A stretch of DNA of 64,000 nt from Paludibacteraceae bacterium (GCA_963630635.1 CAVGOA010000003.1:589-64588); one strand, 5' to 3'; shown: positions 46,874 through 57,519, counted from the stretch's first letter. Numbers and translations are program-made. Notes: generated by a model from the letters alone, not told the origin.

Positions 46874-49153
46874 TTATCCGCGACGCACAATATAGCAGTG
46901 GTGAATCTTCGCGTTGCGCGAGAAATCCTCGGGGATGGTTTCTTTTGTTATGTCCTCTAGAACAACGCCGGCTCGGCTGAGCGCCTCGGTGTCGGGCTTG
47001 AAGCCGCGCAGGTTGCACGAGAAGATCGCGCTACCGTTGCGCGTGAGCAGGCGCGAGACATCGATGATCAGCTCGGCGTGGTCGCGCTGGACGTCCCAGC
47101 TGGACTTGCTCATGCGCGACGAGTTAGAGAACGTGGGCACGTCGCAGAAGATCAGGTCCCAGCGGTTGGCGCTGTGGCGCTGCTCGCTAACCCAAGACAA
47201 GACGTCTGCCTGCACAAACTCGTGGTTGGGGCCGGTAAAGCCATTGCGGGCCATGTTGCGGCGCGCCCACTCGAGGCTTGGGTTGGAGAGGTCCACCGTG
47301 GTGGTGTACTTGGCGCCGCCGTCTGCCGCGTAGCAGGTGGCGGTACCCGTGTAGGCAAACAGGTTGAGGAAGCGGCGCGATCCAAAGGTGTCCTTCATCA
47401 TCTCGCGGACCTGCGCGCGCGTGTCACGGTGGTCCAGGAAGATGCCGCAGTCAAGGCGGGCCGAGAAGTTCACCTCGAAGGTGAGGCCGCCCTCATCCAC
47501 CAGGTGGGCGCCGCGGGGAAGGTCGGTGAGGCTTGGCTTGTGGCGGTTGCGCATGTCGGCGCGTTGGCCGCGAACGGCCTGGTAGGTGGTCTGCGGAGCG
47601 GCGGCACTGCCCTCGTCTGCGTACTGCGAGCCGCCGCGGGCGCGGGTGCGCACGCGCAGGTTCACGCAGGACGGGGCCACGTCCAACACGCGCGGGGCCA
47701 CAGTAAGCACGTCCATCAGGCGGCGGTGCGCAAGGTCTTGGTCCACGCCCTTGGGAGGCGCGTACTCGCTGATCTGCAGCCAACGACCGGGGGTCTTCGA
47801 ACCCTCGTAAAGCTCGATCGAGACGGCGTAATCGGGCAGGTCGGCATCGTAGACGCGGTAGCAGGTGACGTCGTTTTTGCGGGCCCACTTGGCGCGCAGC
47901 TTTGCCACCTTGGCCAGGCGCGCGGCAAACTGATCGGTCTGCGGAACCAAGACCGCGATCTTCTCGCCCTTGACCGTAACGGTCGCGGTGGGCAGAAGTC
48001 CCTGGTCTCCGGGCTCAAAGAGGGCCAGGCGACCCTGGTCGCGGCCGAGAAAGACCTCGGCCTGGTCCACGGGCTCTTTGCCTAAGGCGCCCTCGAGCGG
48101 CGTCTGCTTGGAAAGGGTGGCCAGCTCAAAGGGGGCAAAGGCCGACAGATCGGCCAGGCACTGGGCCTCGGCGGCCAGGGACTCGTCATCCAACCACGAG
48201 AGATCCGCGCAGACCAAGGGGTCGCTCGTCTCGCCGGCTGCCTTTGCGGCGGCGGCAAAGTCGCAGGTCTCGACCTCGACAGAAAGGCCCGCGCCGCGAA
48301 GGGACTGGCTCCAGGCGGCTGCGGCATCTGCGCGGGAGTCTGCGGCGATCAAGCGCAGCGAGCGGCCCGATGCGGCCTCGGCGCGGTCGTCTGCCTCGGC
48401 GAGAAGGTCGTCCCAGGCCTGGGCGTCGTGTCCGGCCCAGCCGGCAAAGCCCCAGTACGAACGAAGCAGGCCCGGCGCGCGGTCAAGGCAGATGTTGGCG
48501 GCCTCGACAAGGACGCTGCCCTGCCCCGCCCAAAGCGAGACCAGGCACGGGGCCTCGGCGCCCTCTTTGATGCCGTCCTTCACGCGGGCCGCCCAGCCGC
48601 CGCCGGCGAGAAGAGCTGCGGCGTAGTCGGGGCGAAGCTGAGCCACCTTGGCGGCACGCGCGTCGTAGCCTCGGCGGAAGAGCGGCGTGCCCGCCAGGTC
48701 GATGGCCACGGTGGCACGGGTGCGCGACAGGCGCACGGCGATGACCACATTGGGGTGCTTGGTGTCGACCTCGGGGCGGGCGCCGGTGCGCTCCATGAAC
48801 TGGTCACAGATGGCGTCCTTGGCGCGCAGGGCCACAAACTGAGAGTTTCTCAGCTGGTCGTTGGTACCATGCGCGTCGATCGCAAAGGTCTTGCCAGCCG
48901 CGATGTGCTGCGACCAGTCGATGCCAATGACGCCCTGGTAGAGGGCATCGGCGTCGGCGGCGTCAATACGCTCGACCACAGCCAGGACCCTGGAGGCCAA
49001 GCGGCTCCACAAACACACGCGGTAGGCATCTTTCAAGGTGCCCAAAAAGGCCACCTGGCCGCGCAGGGGGCGCGTCTTTCTCACGTGCAGCTGCTCAAGC
49101 TCGTCTGCCAAGAGCCCCTCGAAACCGCGGGGGCACGTTGCTATGAATTCCAT
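46874..49153 (-). CDS. rlmKL: Bifunctional 23S rRNA methyltransferase RlmK/L
   Basis: CLWSRLASRVL, THUMP, YRVYDADLP, GIFLDHR, FLNLFAYTG, DVPTFSNS, DVQRDH. Confidence 0.92.
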   Translation of the reverse strand: MEFIATCPRGFEGLLADELEQLHVRKTRPLRGQVAFLGTLKDAYRVCLWSRLASRVLAVVERIDAADADALYQGVIGIDWSQHIAAGKTFAIDAHGTNDQLRNSQFVALRAKDAICDQFMERTGARPEVDTKHPNVVIAVRLSRTRATVAIDLAGTPLFRRGYDARAAKVAQLRPDYAAALLAGGGWAARVKDGIKEGAEAPCLVSLWAGQGSVLVEAANICLDRAPGLLRSYWGFAGWAGHDAQAWDDLLAEADDRAEAASGRSLRLIAADSRADAAAAWSQSLRGAGLSVEVETCDFAAAAKAAGETSDPLVCADLSWLDDESLAAEAQCLADLSAFAPFELATLSKQTPLEGALGKEPVDQAEVFLGRDQGRLALFEPGDQGLLPTATVTVKGEKIAVLVPQTDQFAARLAKVAKLRAKWARKNDVTCYRVYDADLPDYAVSIELYEGSKTPGRWLQISEYAPPKGVDQDLAHRRLMDVLTVAPRVLDVAPSCVNLRVRTRARGGSQYADEGSAAAPQTTYQAVRGQRADMRNRHKPSLTDLPRGAHLVDEGGLTFEVNFSARLDCGIFLDHRDTRAQVREMMKDTFGSRRFLNLFAYTGTATCYAADGGAKYTTTVDLSNPSLEWARRNMARNGFTGPNHEFVQADVLSWVSEQRHSANRWDLIFCDVPTFSNSSRMSKSSWDVQRDHAELIIDVSRLLTRNGSAIFSCNLRGFKPDTEALSRAGVVLEDITKETIPEDFSRNAKIHHCYIVRRG

Positions 49154-49249
49154 CGGGACACCTTTCGCCCGTCGTCGCAGGCGCGCACGGCGCCCGCGTG
49201 TCCGTTATTCTTCGCGGCCCGGGGCGGGTGCCCCAGGGCCGCGATGCTC

Positions 49250-50836
49250 TTACTGGTTGTTGCCGCCGGCGGCAGGTCCGCCCTGCTGAGGGGTGCCGCC
49301 CTCGCCGCCGCTCTTGCGGTGACGGCGACGACGCGGCTTGGGCGCCGCCCCCGGGTTGCCGCCCTCGCCAGCACCGGCGGCCTTGTCCTTTGGCGCCGAG
49401 AAGTGCTGCGGCTGCTTCTTGCCGCCCTGGTCCTTGGATGCACCGGCCTGACTCGAGCCCTGCTGGCCCTGGCCGCCCTTGTCGCCCGGACGGCGGCGGC
49501 GCGGCTTCATGCCGCCCCCGCGCTGCTGGCGGCCCGGCTCTTTGCCGGCGGCGTCACCGGACTCGCTGCCCTCGCGCCTGGGCGTGGCCTGGGCCTGCTC
49601 GCCTGCGCCCTCGCCGGCCGCGCGGTGGTGCCTGCGGCGGCGAGAAGAGCCCTGCTCGGCAGATGTATCGTTGCCCGCACCGGCACCCTGCGCCGCGGCG
49701 TCTGCCGGGCGCTGCTTGCGACGGCGACGCGTGTCTTCGGCCGAGCCGCTTGTCTCGCCGCCACGCGACGCGCCGCGCTGGCCAGAGCTGCCCTGGGCAC
49801 CCGTGCCCGCGCCCTCGTTCGACGGACGTTGACGACGTTTGCGCTTGGGCTCGACAAAGATGTCGGAGGTGTCGAAGGTCTCTTCTTTAAGCACGCCGTT
49901 CTTGCGGTCCAGCTCGGCCAGGGCCATCTGCACGTCGGGCGACTGCAGGCGCTCAAGGACGTCACGGGTCACGGTGTCGGGGCGGCAGGCGCAGCCAAGC
50001 TCCTCACTCTTCTTGCAGGCGGCCTCGCTGGCGGTCATGTCGGCCAGGGCCACACGGATCTGCTTGCCGTTCTCAAGGCGCAGGCAGATCTGCTCCTTGG
50101 GCGTGTCGTACTCGATGATCTTGCCCTTGCCCAGCGGCGTGTCGATCACGGCGTTTCGCTTGGGTGCGCGGCTCTTGAAGTCGCGGTAGGCCTCGAACTC
50201 GTAGCGCAGGCAGCACATCAGGCGGCCGCACGCGCCCGAGATCTTGGTGGAGTTCAAGGGCAGGTCCTGCTCCTTGGCCATACGGATCGACACCGGGTCA
50301 AACGAGGTGTTGAAGCGCCGACAGCACAGCTCTTGGCCGCAGTGGCCGTAGCCGCCCACAATGGCGGCCTCTTCGCGCACGCCGATCTGGCGCATGTCGA
50401 TGCGCACATGGAACTCGCGGGACAGGTCGCGCACCAGCTGGCGAAAGTCCACGCGGTCCTCGGCGGCGAAGTAGCACACGGCCTTCTCGCCGTCGAAGAT
50501 GAACTCGACGCCCACCGGCTTCATCTCGAGCCCCGAGGCGGCTACCAGGCGGCGGAAGGCCGGCATGGCGTCCTCGGAGCGCTTGGCGAGCTTCTCGGCG
50601 CGCTCAAGGTCGTAATCGGTGGCGATCCTCTCGACGCGGCGCAGCTCGGCGTCGCCGATGGTCTTTCTCAGCTCGGCCTCGTCAACCTCAAAGGCGTCCG
50701 AGGTCGCAAGGCCGATCTCAAGGCCGCGCTCGGTGTGGCAGATGACGTGGTCGGCCTCTTGGGCCTGGGTGTCCGCGGCGTCGAACCACAGCTCGCGCGT
50801 GACATAGGTGAACTTCACCGGGATGACGGTGGGCAT
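49250..50836 (-). CDS. PSP1/RicT (YaaT) family protein with long disordered tail
   Basis: RVDFRQLV, RQIGVREEA, GHCGQELCC, MAKEQ, GACGRLMCCLRYE. Confidence 0.92.
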   Translation of the reverse strand: MPTVIPVKFTYVTRELWFDAADTQAQEADHVICHTERGLEIGLATSDAFEVDEAELRKTIGDAELRRVERIATDYDLERAEKLAKRSEDAMPAFRRLVAASGLEMKPVGVEFIFDGEKAVCYFAAEDRVDFRQLVRDLSREFHVRIDMRQIGVREEAAIVGGYGHCGQELCCRRFNTSFDPVSIRMAKEQDLPLNSTKISGACGRLMCCLRYEFEAYRDFKSRAPKRNAVIDTPLGKGKIIEYDTPKEQICLRLENGKQIRVALADMTASEAACKKSEELGCACRPDTVTRDVLERLQSPDVQMALAELDRKNGVLKEETFDTSDIFVEPKRKRRQRPSNEGAGTGAQGSSGQRGASRGGETSGSAEDTRRRRKQRPADAAAQGAGAGNDTSAEQGSSRRRRHHRAAGEGAGEQAQATPRREGSESGDAAGKEPGRQQRGGGMKPRRRRPGDKGGQGQQGSSQAGASKDQGGKKQPQHFSAPKDKAAGAGEGGNPGAAPKPRRRRHRKSGGEGGTPQQGGPAAGGNNQ

Positions 50837-51957
50837 TACAGCGCCTCCTTTATGGAAAGCAGCATGACCTCCAAGGTCAGCTGGGGTGATACGTTGCGCG
50901 CCAGGTTGGCGGCGGCGATAGAGCAGGCCTTGAGGGCGGCAAGCGCCCCGCGTGCCGTGGTCTGGGCGGCCACGCGGTCGATGACGGCGGCCGCGTCTTG
51001 GTTGACGGGGGTCGACGTGACGTTCTCGCAGCGCATGAGCACGTCTCGCAGCAAAGACTCCGTCGCGGCAATAGCCTCCATCATACCCGAACGCTCGCGG
51101 GCAGAAAGCTCGCGGCGGTTGGCTGCCTCGACCTCTTTCAAGGCCGAGGAGCTCAAGTAGTCCTCGGTCTCTTTAAGGGCGTCTTCCTGGGCCTGCTTGA
51201 CGTCCTTCAGTGGGATCTTGACGGCCTCGACGATCTGCAGGGCCGCCTTAAGGACATCCGCCGAGTCGTCCTGGGCCAGGCACGAGAAAGTGTCCACCAC
51301 CAGGCGGCGCACCTCCTGACGCGATGTGGAGGCGAGAAACTCCACGGCACGCGAGGGCGTCTGGGTGACGCTTAGGGCGACGCGGGCCGTTTGCTCGCTC
51401 GCGCCACAGCCGCGCACCACGGCCGCGACCGCGGCCTTCTCGCCGATTCCCGCAAACGGAACCACCTGGCAGCGCGAGACGATGGTGGGCAAAACCGAGG
51501 CCACCGTGCGTGCGCACAGGATGAAAACGACGTTTTGCGGCGGCTCTTCGATGGTCTTGAGCAGGGCGTTTGCCGATTGGGCATAGAGCATCTCGGCGCG
51601 CTCGACGATATAGACCTTGCACGCGGCACGCATGGGCGCCAGGTAGACGTCGGCAATGAGGGCGCGGATCTGGTCGACGAGGTAGCCCTGGTTGCTGCCG
51701 GGAGCGTACCAGTGCACGTCGGGGTGGGTGTGGTGGCTCACACGGCGGCAGTCGTCGCAGGTGCCGTCGGCGTCGTTGGGGCACACGATGCACTTGGCCA
51801 GGGCCTCGGCGGCCTCGTGTTTGCCGCTGCCCGGCGCGCCCACAAACAGGTAGGCGTGCGAAAGGCGGTCCTCGTTGTAGGCGCGGGCAAGAAAGTCGCG
51901 GACGCGCGGCTGGTCCTGGACGGCCGACAGGGCCGCCGGAACGGCTACCGGGGCCAT
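50836..51957 (-). CDS. holB: DNA polymerase III delta' subunit
   Basis: HAYLFVG, HPDV, ANALLKTIEEPP, PTIVSRCQ; follows tmk. Confidence 0.93.
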   Translation of the reverse strand: MAPVAVPAALSAVQDQPRVRDFLARAYNEDRLSHAYLFVGAPGSGKHEAAEALAKCIVCPNDADGTCDDCRRVSHHTHPDVHWYAPGSNQGYLVDQIRALIADVYLAPMRAACKVYIVERAEMLYAQSANALLKTIEEPPQNVVFILCARTVASVLPTIVSRCQVVPFAGIGEKAAVAAVVRGCGASEQTARVALSVTQTPSRAVEFLASTSRQEVRRLVVDTFSCLAQDDSADVLKAALQIVEAVKIPLKDVKQAQEDALKETEDYLSSSALKEVEAANRRELSARERSGMMEAIAATESLLRDVLMRCENVTSTPVNQDAAAVIDRVAAQTTARGALAALKACSIAAANLARNVSPQLTLEVMLLSIKEAL

Positions 51958-52590
51958 CTAGGCAACCTCGTCTTTGGCGAGAAGGTCCTCTACCTGGGAA
52001 AATACGCGGTCGGCAACCTCATCTGGTGTACCTGCGGCGTCGACCGTGCGCACACGGGCGGGGTCGGCCGCGGCCAGGCACAGGTAACCCTCGCGCACGC
52101 GGGACTGGAAGGCGACGCCTTCTGCCTCCATACGGTCGGTGCCCTCGCGCGTGGCGCGGGCAAGAGCCGCCGAGGTCTCCATGTCAAGCACGATGGTGCG
52201 ATCAGGATCAAACCCGCAGCTGCCCAACGCGTTGGCGCGGTGGATGACGTCGTCGCTTAGCGAGCGGCCGGCAGCCTGGTAGGCGTAGGTGGAGTCGTAG
52301 TAGCGGTCGCAAACCACCACAGCGCCGCGGGCGAGCGCAGGCTCGATGACCTCGCGGACCAGCTGGGCGCGGGAGGCCTCGAAGAGCAAAAGCTCGCACT
52401 CGGGCGTCATCTGGGAGTTGGCAGGGTCAAGCACCAGCGAGCGGATCTTCTCGCTAATGGAGGTGCCGCCCGGCTCGCGCAGGCGCACGACCTCGCGGCC
52501 CAGGCCCTCTATCGACGCAGCTAGACGCGCCGCCTGCGTTGATTTTCCGCAGCCGTCCGCCCCCTCGAGCGTGATAAAGACCCCTCGCAT
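51958..52590 (-). CDS. tmk: Thymidylate kinase
   Basis: EGADGCGKSTQ, REPGG, CDRYYDS..AYQ. Confidence 0.97.
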   Translation of the reverse strand: MRGVFITLEGADGCGKSTQAARLAASIEGLGREVVRLREPGGTSISEKIRSLVLDPANSQMTPECELLLFEASRAQLVREVIEPALARGAVVVCDRYYDSTYAYQAAGRSLSDDVIHRANALGSCGFDPDRTIVLDMETSAALARATREGTDRMEAEGVAFQSRVREGYLCLAAADPARVRTVDAAGTPDEVADRVFSQVEDLLAKDEVA

Positions 52591-52689
52591 GGCACCCGCT
52601 TTCTTCTTGCATCGATTTAACCTTGCTAGTATAGCGCGATTGCTCTTCTCGGCATAAACAGAGGTAGACGCACCATGCGCTTTACAGAG

Positions 52690-53776
52690 CTACGAGTACA
52701 GGCGCTTGAGCCAACCCAGGCGAGGGTGCAGCGACAACCGATAAATCCCATACGACAGAGCGATGCTTGCGCACACCGTAAGGACAAACAGCAGGCACGT
52801 CTCGCCGATCGCAAAGCCTAACAGGTTAAAAGCCTTATCCAGAAGGACCATGACCCACCAGTGGATGAAGAAAACGAGCGAGCTTACAACCCGCAAGGTT
52901 TTGAACGTCTGGGCTCGGCCCGACATACGACAGTTCACTACCAGGCCAAACGCACACCAGGTGAGCGGCACCAGAAAAACGTACATGTCCTCTTCAAGGA
53001 CAAAGTCAAGGCGTTTGAGGGTCAGGGCTTCGATAAACATCAAGACGTATGAGGCGAGAAACCCTACCAAGGCGGCTTTTCTCGGTAACTTGAAACCGCG
53101 GTACGCAAAAGTGGCACCCATCGCAACAAAGAGAAGGCCTTCGAACAAACCGTTGCGCGTGGTGAAGATGACCTGTTGGACAGCCTTGAGCGCGGCCCAT
53201 AGGTCGGGCGCGGCAAGGCGGAGCGGCTTGATGAGGCCAAACCAGCTTTGCCCCAGAAGGCCCACGGCGTAAAGACACAGCGCCGCGATCAGGATATTCT
53301 TGAGGCTCACGCGCCTGGACAACAGCCACGAGATGACGATAACGGCAAAGATCAACGCCGGGAAATACCAAAGGTGCCAATAGGAACCAACAAACACAAC
53401 ATCGCGCAGGTAGAAGAGCACGCCATGAGCAAGCCCCTGCGGATCCGTCAGGATGCCCTTGAGCTTGAGCGGAAGGTACACCAGCGTCCACAAGGCATAG
53501 AGCCTGATGAGCTTGACCACATAGCGCTTTGTGCGCTCGGGCGAGAAGTTTTCCAGCGGCGTTTTTCTATAGAGCAAGAAGCCCGACGAGACAAAGAAGA
53601 ACGGGACGGCAATTCTCGCGAACCAATTTTGGATGCCGTAGTTAAAGAGACGAAGGAGCGCGTTATTGGTGTCTCCAAATGGCAAAACGTGCATGGATAC
53701 AACGAGTATCGCGCATAAAAACTTTGCTAAATCGATAGCGTTATAGTCTGTCTGTCTGTCTGCCTGTGGAAATCAT
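52690..53776 (-). pseudogene. Acyltransferase-3 family O-acyltransferase, frameshifted at a (CAGA)4 tract (candidate phase-variable gene, OFF)
   Basis: YNAIDLAKFLCAILVVSMH, RIAVPFFFVSSG, HLWYFPAL. ATG 53776 is out of frame by one repeat unit. Confidence 0.8.
53747..53762. repeat. Simple sequence repeat (TCTG)4 / (CAGA)4
   Basis: Direct reading; followed by one imperfect unit CCTG. Confidence 0.9.
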
Positions 53777-53950
53777 AGGCATCATGCTAGCTTGTCAACA
53801 CCTTTAGGGCGCAAGGGCGATTAGTGTACACAGATCAAATAATGCCACTGACATGCGGTGTTTATCTAGCAACTACCGGATTCGTGTGCACTAATTGGGA
53901 CAGGCGGGCCGCGGGCGAGCCCCTTCGTCGTTTGGGTTCAAACGTAAAAC

Positions 53951-54076
53951 ACGAAATTAGGAAGCCGAATTGCGATTTGAGCGGCAGACCACAATTTCAA
54001 GCAACCGCCAACTGGGGTTTTGTTGCTCACGATTAGCGCCTGGCCGCTCAAAACAAATCCGGCTTCCCAATATCGT
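53951..54076 (+). repeat. Hairpin element with imperfect ~34-bp IR and CCAACTGGGGTTTTG core
   Basis: ACGAAATTAGGAAGCCGAATT..TTTGAGCGGC / GCCGCTCAAA..AATCCGGCTTCCCAATATCGT. Confidence 0.75.
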
Positions 54077-54117
54077 ATTTTTTACTAGGACCAGGGCGCG
54101 GGCGAAGCCCCATCGCC

Positions 54118-54149
54118 AAAAAACGCCCCCGCCGGGAAGGGCGGGGGCG
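54118..54149 (-). terminator. topA terminator
   Basis: CGCCCCCGCC stem with T-tract on the minus strand. Confidence 0.75.
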
Positions 54150-54174
54150 GGTCGAACCGGGGCGTGACGCCGGG

Positions 54175-56709
54175 CTACTTCTTGCTAGCGGCCTTCTTCG
54201 TGGTCGTCTTCTTGGCCGCGGGCTTCTTAGCTGCGGGTTTCTTGGCGCCGCGAGCGGACTTTGCGGCCTCCTTCTTCTCGCGGCCGGGGCAGTCCATGTT
54301 GGGGCAAAGCTTCCAAGGACCGCGGGCCGTGGTGACCACGACCATGGGGGCGCCGCAATCGGGGCACTCCTCCCCCGTTGCCTCGAGCTTGCCGCGGGCG
54401 GGCAAGGGATAGCTCACGCCACAGTCGTCGTAGTTGGTGCAGCGAATAAAGCGCTTGCCGGTCTTCTCGGACTTGTGCGCGACCAGGTGCCCCTCGCGAC
54501 CGTCGGCGGCGCACGTCTTGCACAGGCCCACCTCGACGTCGGGTTCTTGGTTGGTGGGGCACGCCGGGTTGACGCACTGCTCGAAGGCACGGCTGCGGAA
54601 GGGGTGCACCTTCACGCGTGGAGCTCCGCAATCGGGGCACACGGCGGCCTCGCCCTCCAAGGCCTCGATACGGCCCTGGGGCAAGGGGTAGGTGACGTCG
54701 CAGTCGGGCCAACCCATGCAGCCGGCAAAGCTGCCGCGGGTCTTGGCGCTGGTCTTGACCACCAGGTCGCGGCCGCACTTGGGGCACACGCCGATCTTGG
54801 CGTCGGCCGTGACGGCGTCGGCGATGGCCTCGGAAAGGTCCTCGGTGTGCTCGATCAAGCCGTCCATCATGCCGGCGAGAAGGGCGCGCGAGTGCGTGAC
54901 CACGGCAGCCTGGGTATCCTTGCCCTCGGCCACCTTGGTCATGTCGTCCTCGAGCTCGCTGGTCATCTCGGGCGTGGTGATGCGCGGCGCGTAGGTGTGC
55001 AGCGCGTCGATGATCGCCATGCCAAGCTGACTGGGCTCGCACGGATCGTTCTTAAGATATTTGCGCTGGTAAAGCGTATCGATGATGGACGCACGCGTGG
55101 ACTTGGTGCCAAGGCCGCGTTTCTCCATCTCTTGGATGAGCTTACCTTGGCTGTAGCGCGCGGGCGGCTCGGTCTGCTTGGCAGCGAAGTCCATGGACTC
55201 GATGTCCACGGTGTCGCCCTCGTGCATCTCGGGCAGCTGGTCGTCCTTCTTAAGACCGTAGGGATAGATCGCGCGGAAGCCGGGATAGGCCAGCACGTTG
55301 CCCGAGGCCACAAAGGGCTCGCCGGCAACGTCGATGCTCACCTTGGTGCCCTCGATGGTGGCCGCGTCCATCAATGTGGCCAAGAAGCGGCGTGCGATGA
55401 GGTTGTAGAGCTTCCAGGCAGCGGGCTGGAGGTTCTCGGGGTCGGCCGCCGCCGTGGGATAGATGGGCGGGTGGTCGGTGGTCTCTTGCTTACCGCGAGT
55501 AGCCACGATCTTGCCCTGGCCCAGAATCTTCTGGCATACGGGCGCGTACTGCGGCACCTTAGAGAGAGTGCGCACGCAGTCGCGCAGGTCGAGCGAGGCC
55601 GGGTAGACCGTGTTGTCGACACGCGGATAAGAAATCAGGCCGTCCATGTAGAGGCTCTCGGCCAGGCGCATGGTGCGAGCAGGGCTAATGCCCTCGGCGG
55701 CAGCAGCGGCCTGCAGGCTGGTGGTGTTGAAGGGCGCGGGCGGGCGCTGGGTGCGGCTCTTGCTCTCGACGGCCGTGACCTGGCCGGTCGTGGCACCGTC
55801 GACCTTGGCAAACGCAGCGTCGGCCGCGGCCTTGTCCCAAAAACGGGTGGTCGCGTGGCCGATCTTGAAGGCCTCGGAGCTCTCGCGCGTGGCCTCGCCC
55901 GAGATTACCCAGTAATCCTCGGGGACAAAAGCCAGGCGCTCGCGCTCGCGCTCGACCACCAGGGCCAGCGTCGGCGTCTGCACGCGACCGGCCGAGCGGG
56001 TGTTGCCCAGGCCCGAGAAGCGCGCGGTGGTGAGATAGCGCGTAAGCACCGCGCCCCAGATAAGGTCGATGTACTGACGGCTCTCGCCGGCGTCGGCCAG
56101 GTCTTGGTCAAGCTCGACCAGGTTATCGAAGGCGTGGTCGATCTCGGCCTTGGTAAAGGCAGAGTAGCGAGCACGCGAGACGGGCACGTTGGGGTTGACC
56201 TCAAGGATCTGGCGCAGGGCATCCGAGCCAATGAGCTCGCCCTCGCGGTCGAAGTCGGTGCCGATGATCACCGAGTCGGCCTTCTTGGCCAGGTTCTTAA
56301 GGGCACGAATGATGCCCTTCTCGGCGGGAAGCTTTTGAATGGGGGCCCACACCAGATACGGCAGGCTGGCGATCTTCCAGCCCTTGATGTCGATGCCGTC
56401 TTTGAGATAGGGCTTGCGCTTGGACTTGTAAGGCGGGCGCTCGAGGCCGTCGGGCAGGTCGGCGGGCATGATCTCGCCCTCGGCGCTCACGGCGTACCAG
56501 CCCTCGTTCTTGTCGAACTTAAGCTCGGTGGGGAAATCCGGCTGCAGGATATGGCCGCGAAGACCGATGGTCACGCACTCCTCCCCGCCCATCTCAAAGC
56601 GAAAGACGGGCGTGTCGTAGACCTTGTCGGCCTTAGGCTTGCCAGACTGCGACAAAAGGCGCGCAATCTGGCCGGCGGCGTCGTTTTTCTCGGTAACGAT
56701 TAGCTTCAA
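54175..56709 (-). CDS. topA: DNA topoisomerase I
   Basis: VTEK, TDFDREGE, SAGRVQTP, ISYPRVD, GLGTKSTR, C-terminal Zn ribbons and Lys/Ala tail. Confidence 0.96.
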   Translation of the reverse strand: MKLIVTEKNDAAGQIARLLSQSGKPKADKVYDTPVFRFEMGGEECVTIGLRGHILQPDFPTELKFDKNEGWYAVSAEGEIMPADLPDGLERPPYKSKRKPYLKDGIDIKGWKIASLPYLVWAPIQKLPAEKGIIRALKNLAKKADSVIIGTDFDREGELIGSDALRQILEVNPNVPVSRARYSAFTKAEIDHAFDNLVELDQDLADAGESRQYIDLIWGAVLTRYLTTARFSGLGNTRSAGRVQTPTLALVVERERERLAFVPEDYWVISGEATRESSEAFKIGHATTRFWDKAAADAAFAKVDGATTGQVTAVESKSRTQRPPAPFNTTSLQAAAAAEGISPARTMRLAESLYMDGLISYPRVDNTVYPASLDLRDCVRTLSKVPQYAPVCQKILGQGKIVATRGKQETTDHPPIYPTAAADPENLQPAAWKLYNLIARRFLATLMDAATIEGTKVSIDVAGEPFVASGNVLAYPGFRAIYPYGLKKDDQLPEMHEGDTVDIESMDFAAKQTEPPARYSQGKLIQEMEKRGLGTKSTRASIIDTLYQRKYLKNDPCEPSQLGMAIIDALHTYAPRITTPEMTSELEDDMTKVAEGKDTQAAVVTHSRALLAGMMDGLIEHTEDLSEAIADAVTADAKIGVCPKCGRDLVVKTSAKTRGSFAGCMGWPDCDVTYPLPQGRIEALEGEAAVCPDCGAPRVKVHPFRSRAFEQCVNPACPTNQEPDVEVGLCKTCAADGREGHLVAHKSEKTGKRFIRCTNYDDCGVSYPLPARGKLEATGEECPDCGAPMVVVTTARGPWKLCPNMDCPGREKKEAAKSARGAKKPAAKKPAAKKTTTKKAASKK

Positions 56710-56726
56710 CGGATCCCCCGTCCGGT

Positions 56727-57515
56727 CTAGAGCTTATCGAGCTCGTGCTGCTCGTAATCCTCGCGCGTCCACTTGAGGGCAGCCTTGCCGTCGCGCGCGA
56801 TGATGACGTAGCGGGCGACAAACAGGGCGACCTCGTACAGGGCGATCAGCGCGGCGAACATCAAGATCATGGTCACAGGAGAGGCGTCCGGCGTGACCAC
56901 GGCGCTCAAGATCATGAGGCCAACGTAGACGTAGCGCCACTGCGAGCGGAAGGTCTTGTACGGCACCAGGTGCAGGATCGACAGGTAGAAGATGACCAGC
57001 GGCAACTGGAAGGCGATGCCAAAGCCGATCTCGAGCATCATGTAGATGTTGAGGTAGTCCTCGGCGTCGGCCATGGTCTGGGCGAACTCGAAGGACTGGT
57101 CAAGCAGCCAGCCAAAGGCGGCGGACTGGATCACAAAGAAGCAGAAGATCATGCCCAGGAAGAACAAGACGACCATGGCAGCCACGGTGGGAACGACCCA
57201 CTTGCGCTCGTTGGGCTTCAGGGCCGGCAGGAAGAAGGCCATGATCTCCCAGATGATGATGGGCGCGCAGATGATGACCGAGAAGAAGCAGGCCACCTTA
57301 AAGCGAATCGTGAAGCCGCCCAGCGCGGTGAAGACGTAGAGGCTGCCGCCGTGCATGGCTTCGGCGATCTGGTCCATCATGAGGCCGATGAGCGCGGGCG
57401 TGGCAAAGTAGATAATGATGGCGCAGACAAAGACCGAGACCACGATGATGGTCAGTCGGCGGCGAAGCTCCCCGATGTGGTCGAAGAGCGGCATGCGTGC
57501 GGGACCGATAGGCAT
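56727..57515 (-). CDS. tatC: Twin-arginine translocase TatC
   Basis: HIGELRRR, FLPALKPNE, GIAFQLP, TPD. Confidence 0.95.
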   Translation of the reverse strand: MPIGPARMPLFDHIGELRRRLTIIVVSVFVCAIIIYFATPALIGLMMDQIAEAMHGGSLYVFTALGGFTIRFKVACFFSVIICAPIIIWEIMAFFLPALKPNERKWVVPTVAAMVVLFFLGMIFCFFVIQSAAFGWLLDQSFEFAQTMADAEDYLNIYMMLEIGFGIAFQLPLVIFYLSILHLVPYKTFRSQWRYVYVGLMILSAVVTPDASPVTMILMFAALIALYEVALFVARYVIIARDGKAALKWTREDYEQHELDKL

Positions 57516-57519
57516 GTTC

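Noticed and set aside
48428..56703. Very long + strand ORFs (48428-51160, 54475-56703) and similar ones such as 37724-39925 (-)
   Set aside because: Antisense shadows of high-GC3 genes with no domain motifs
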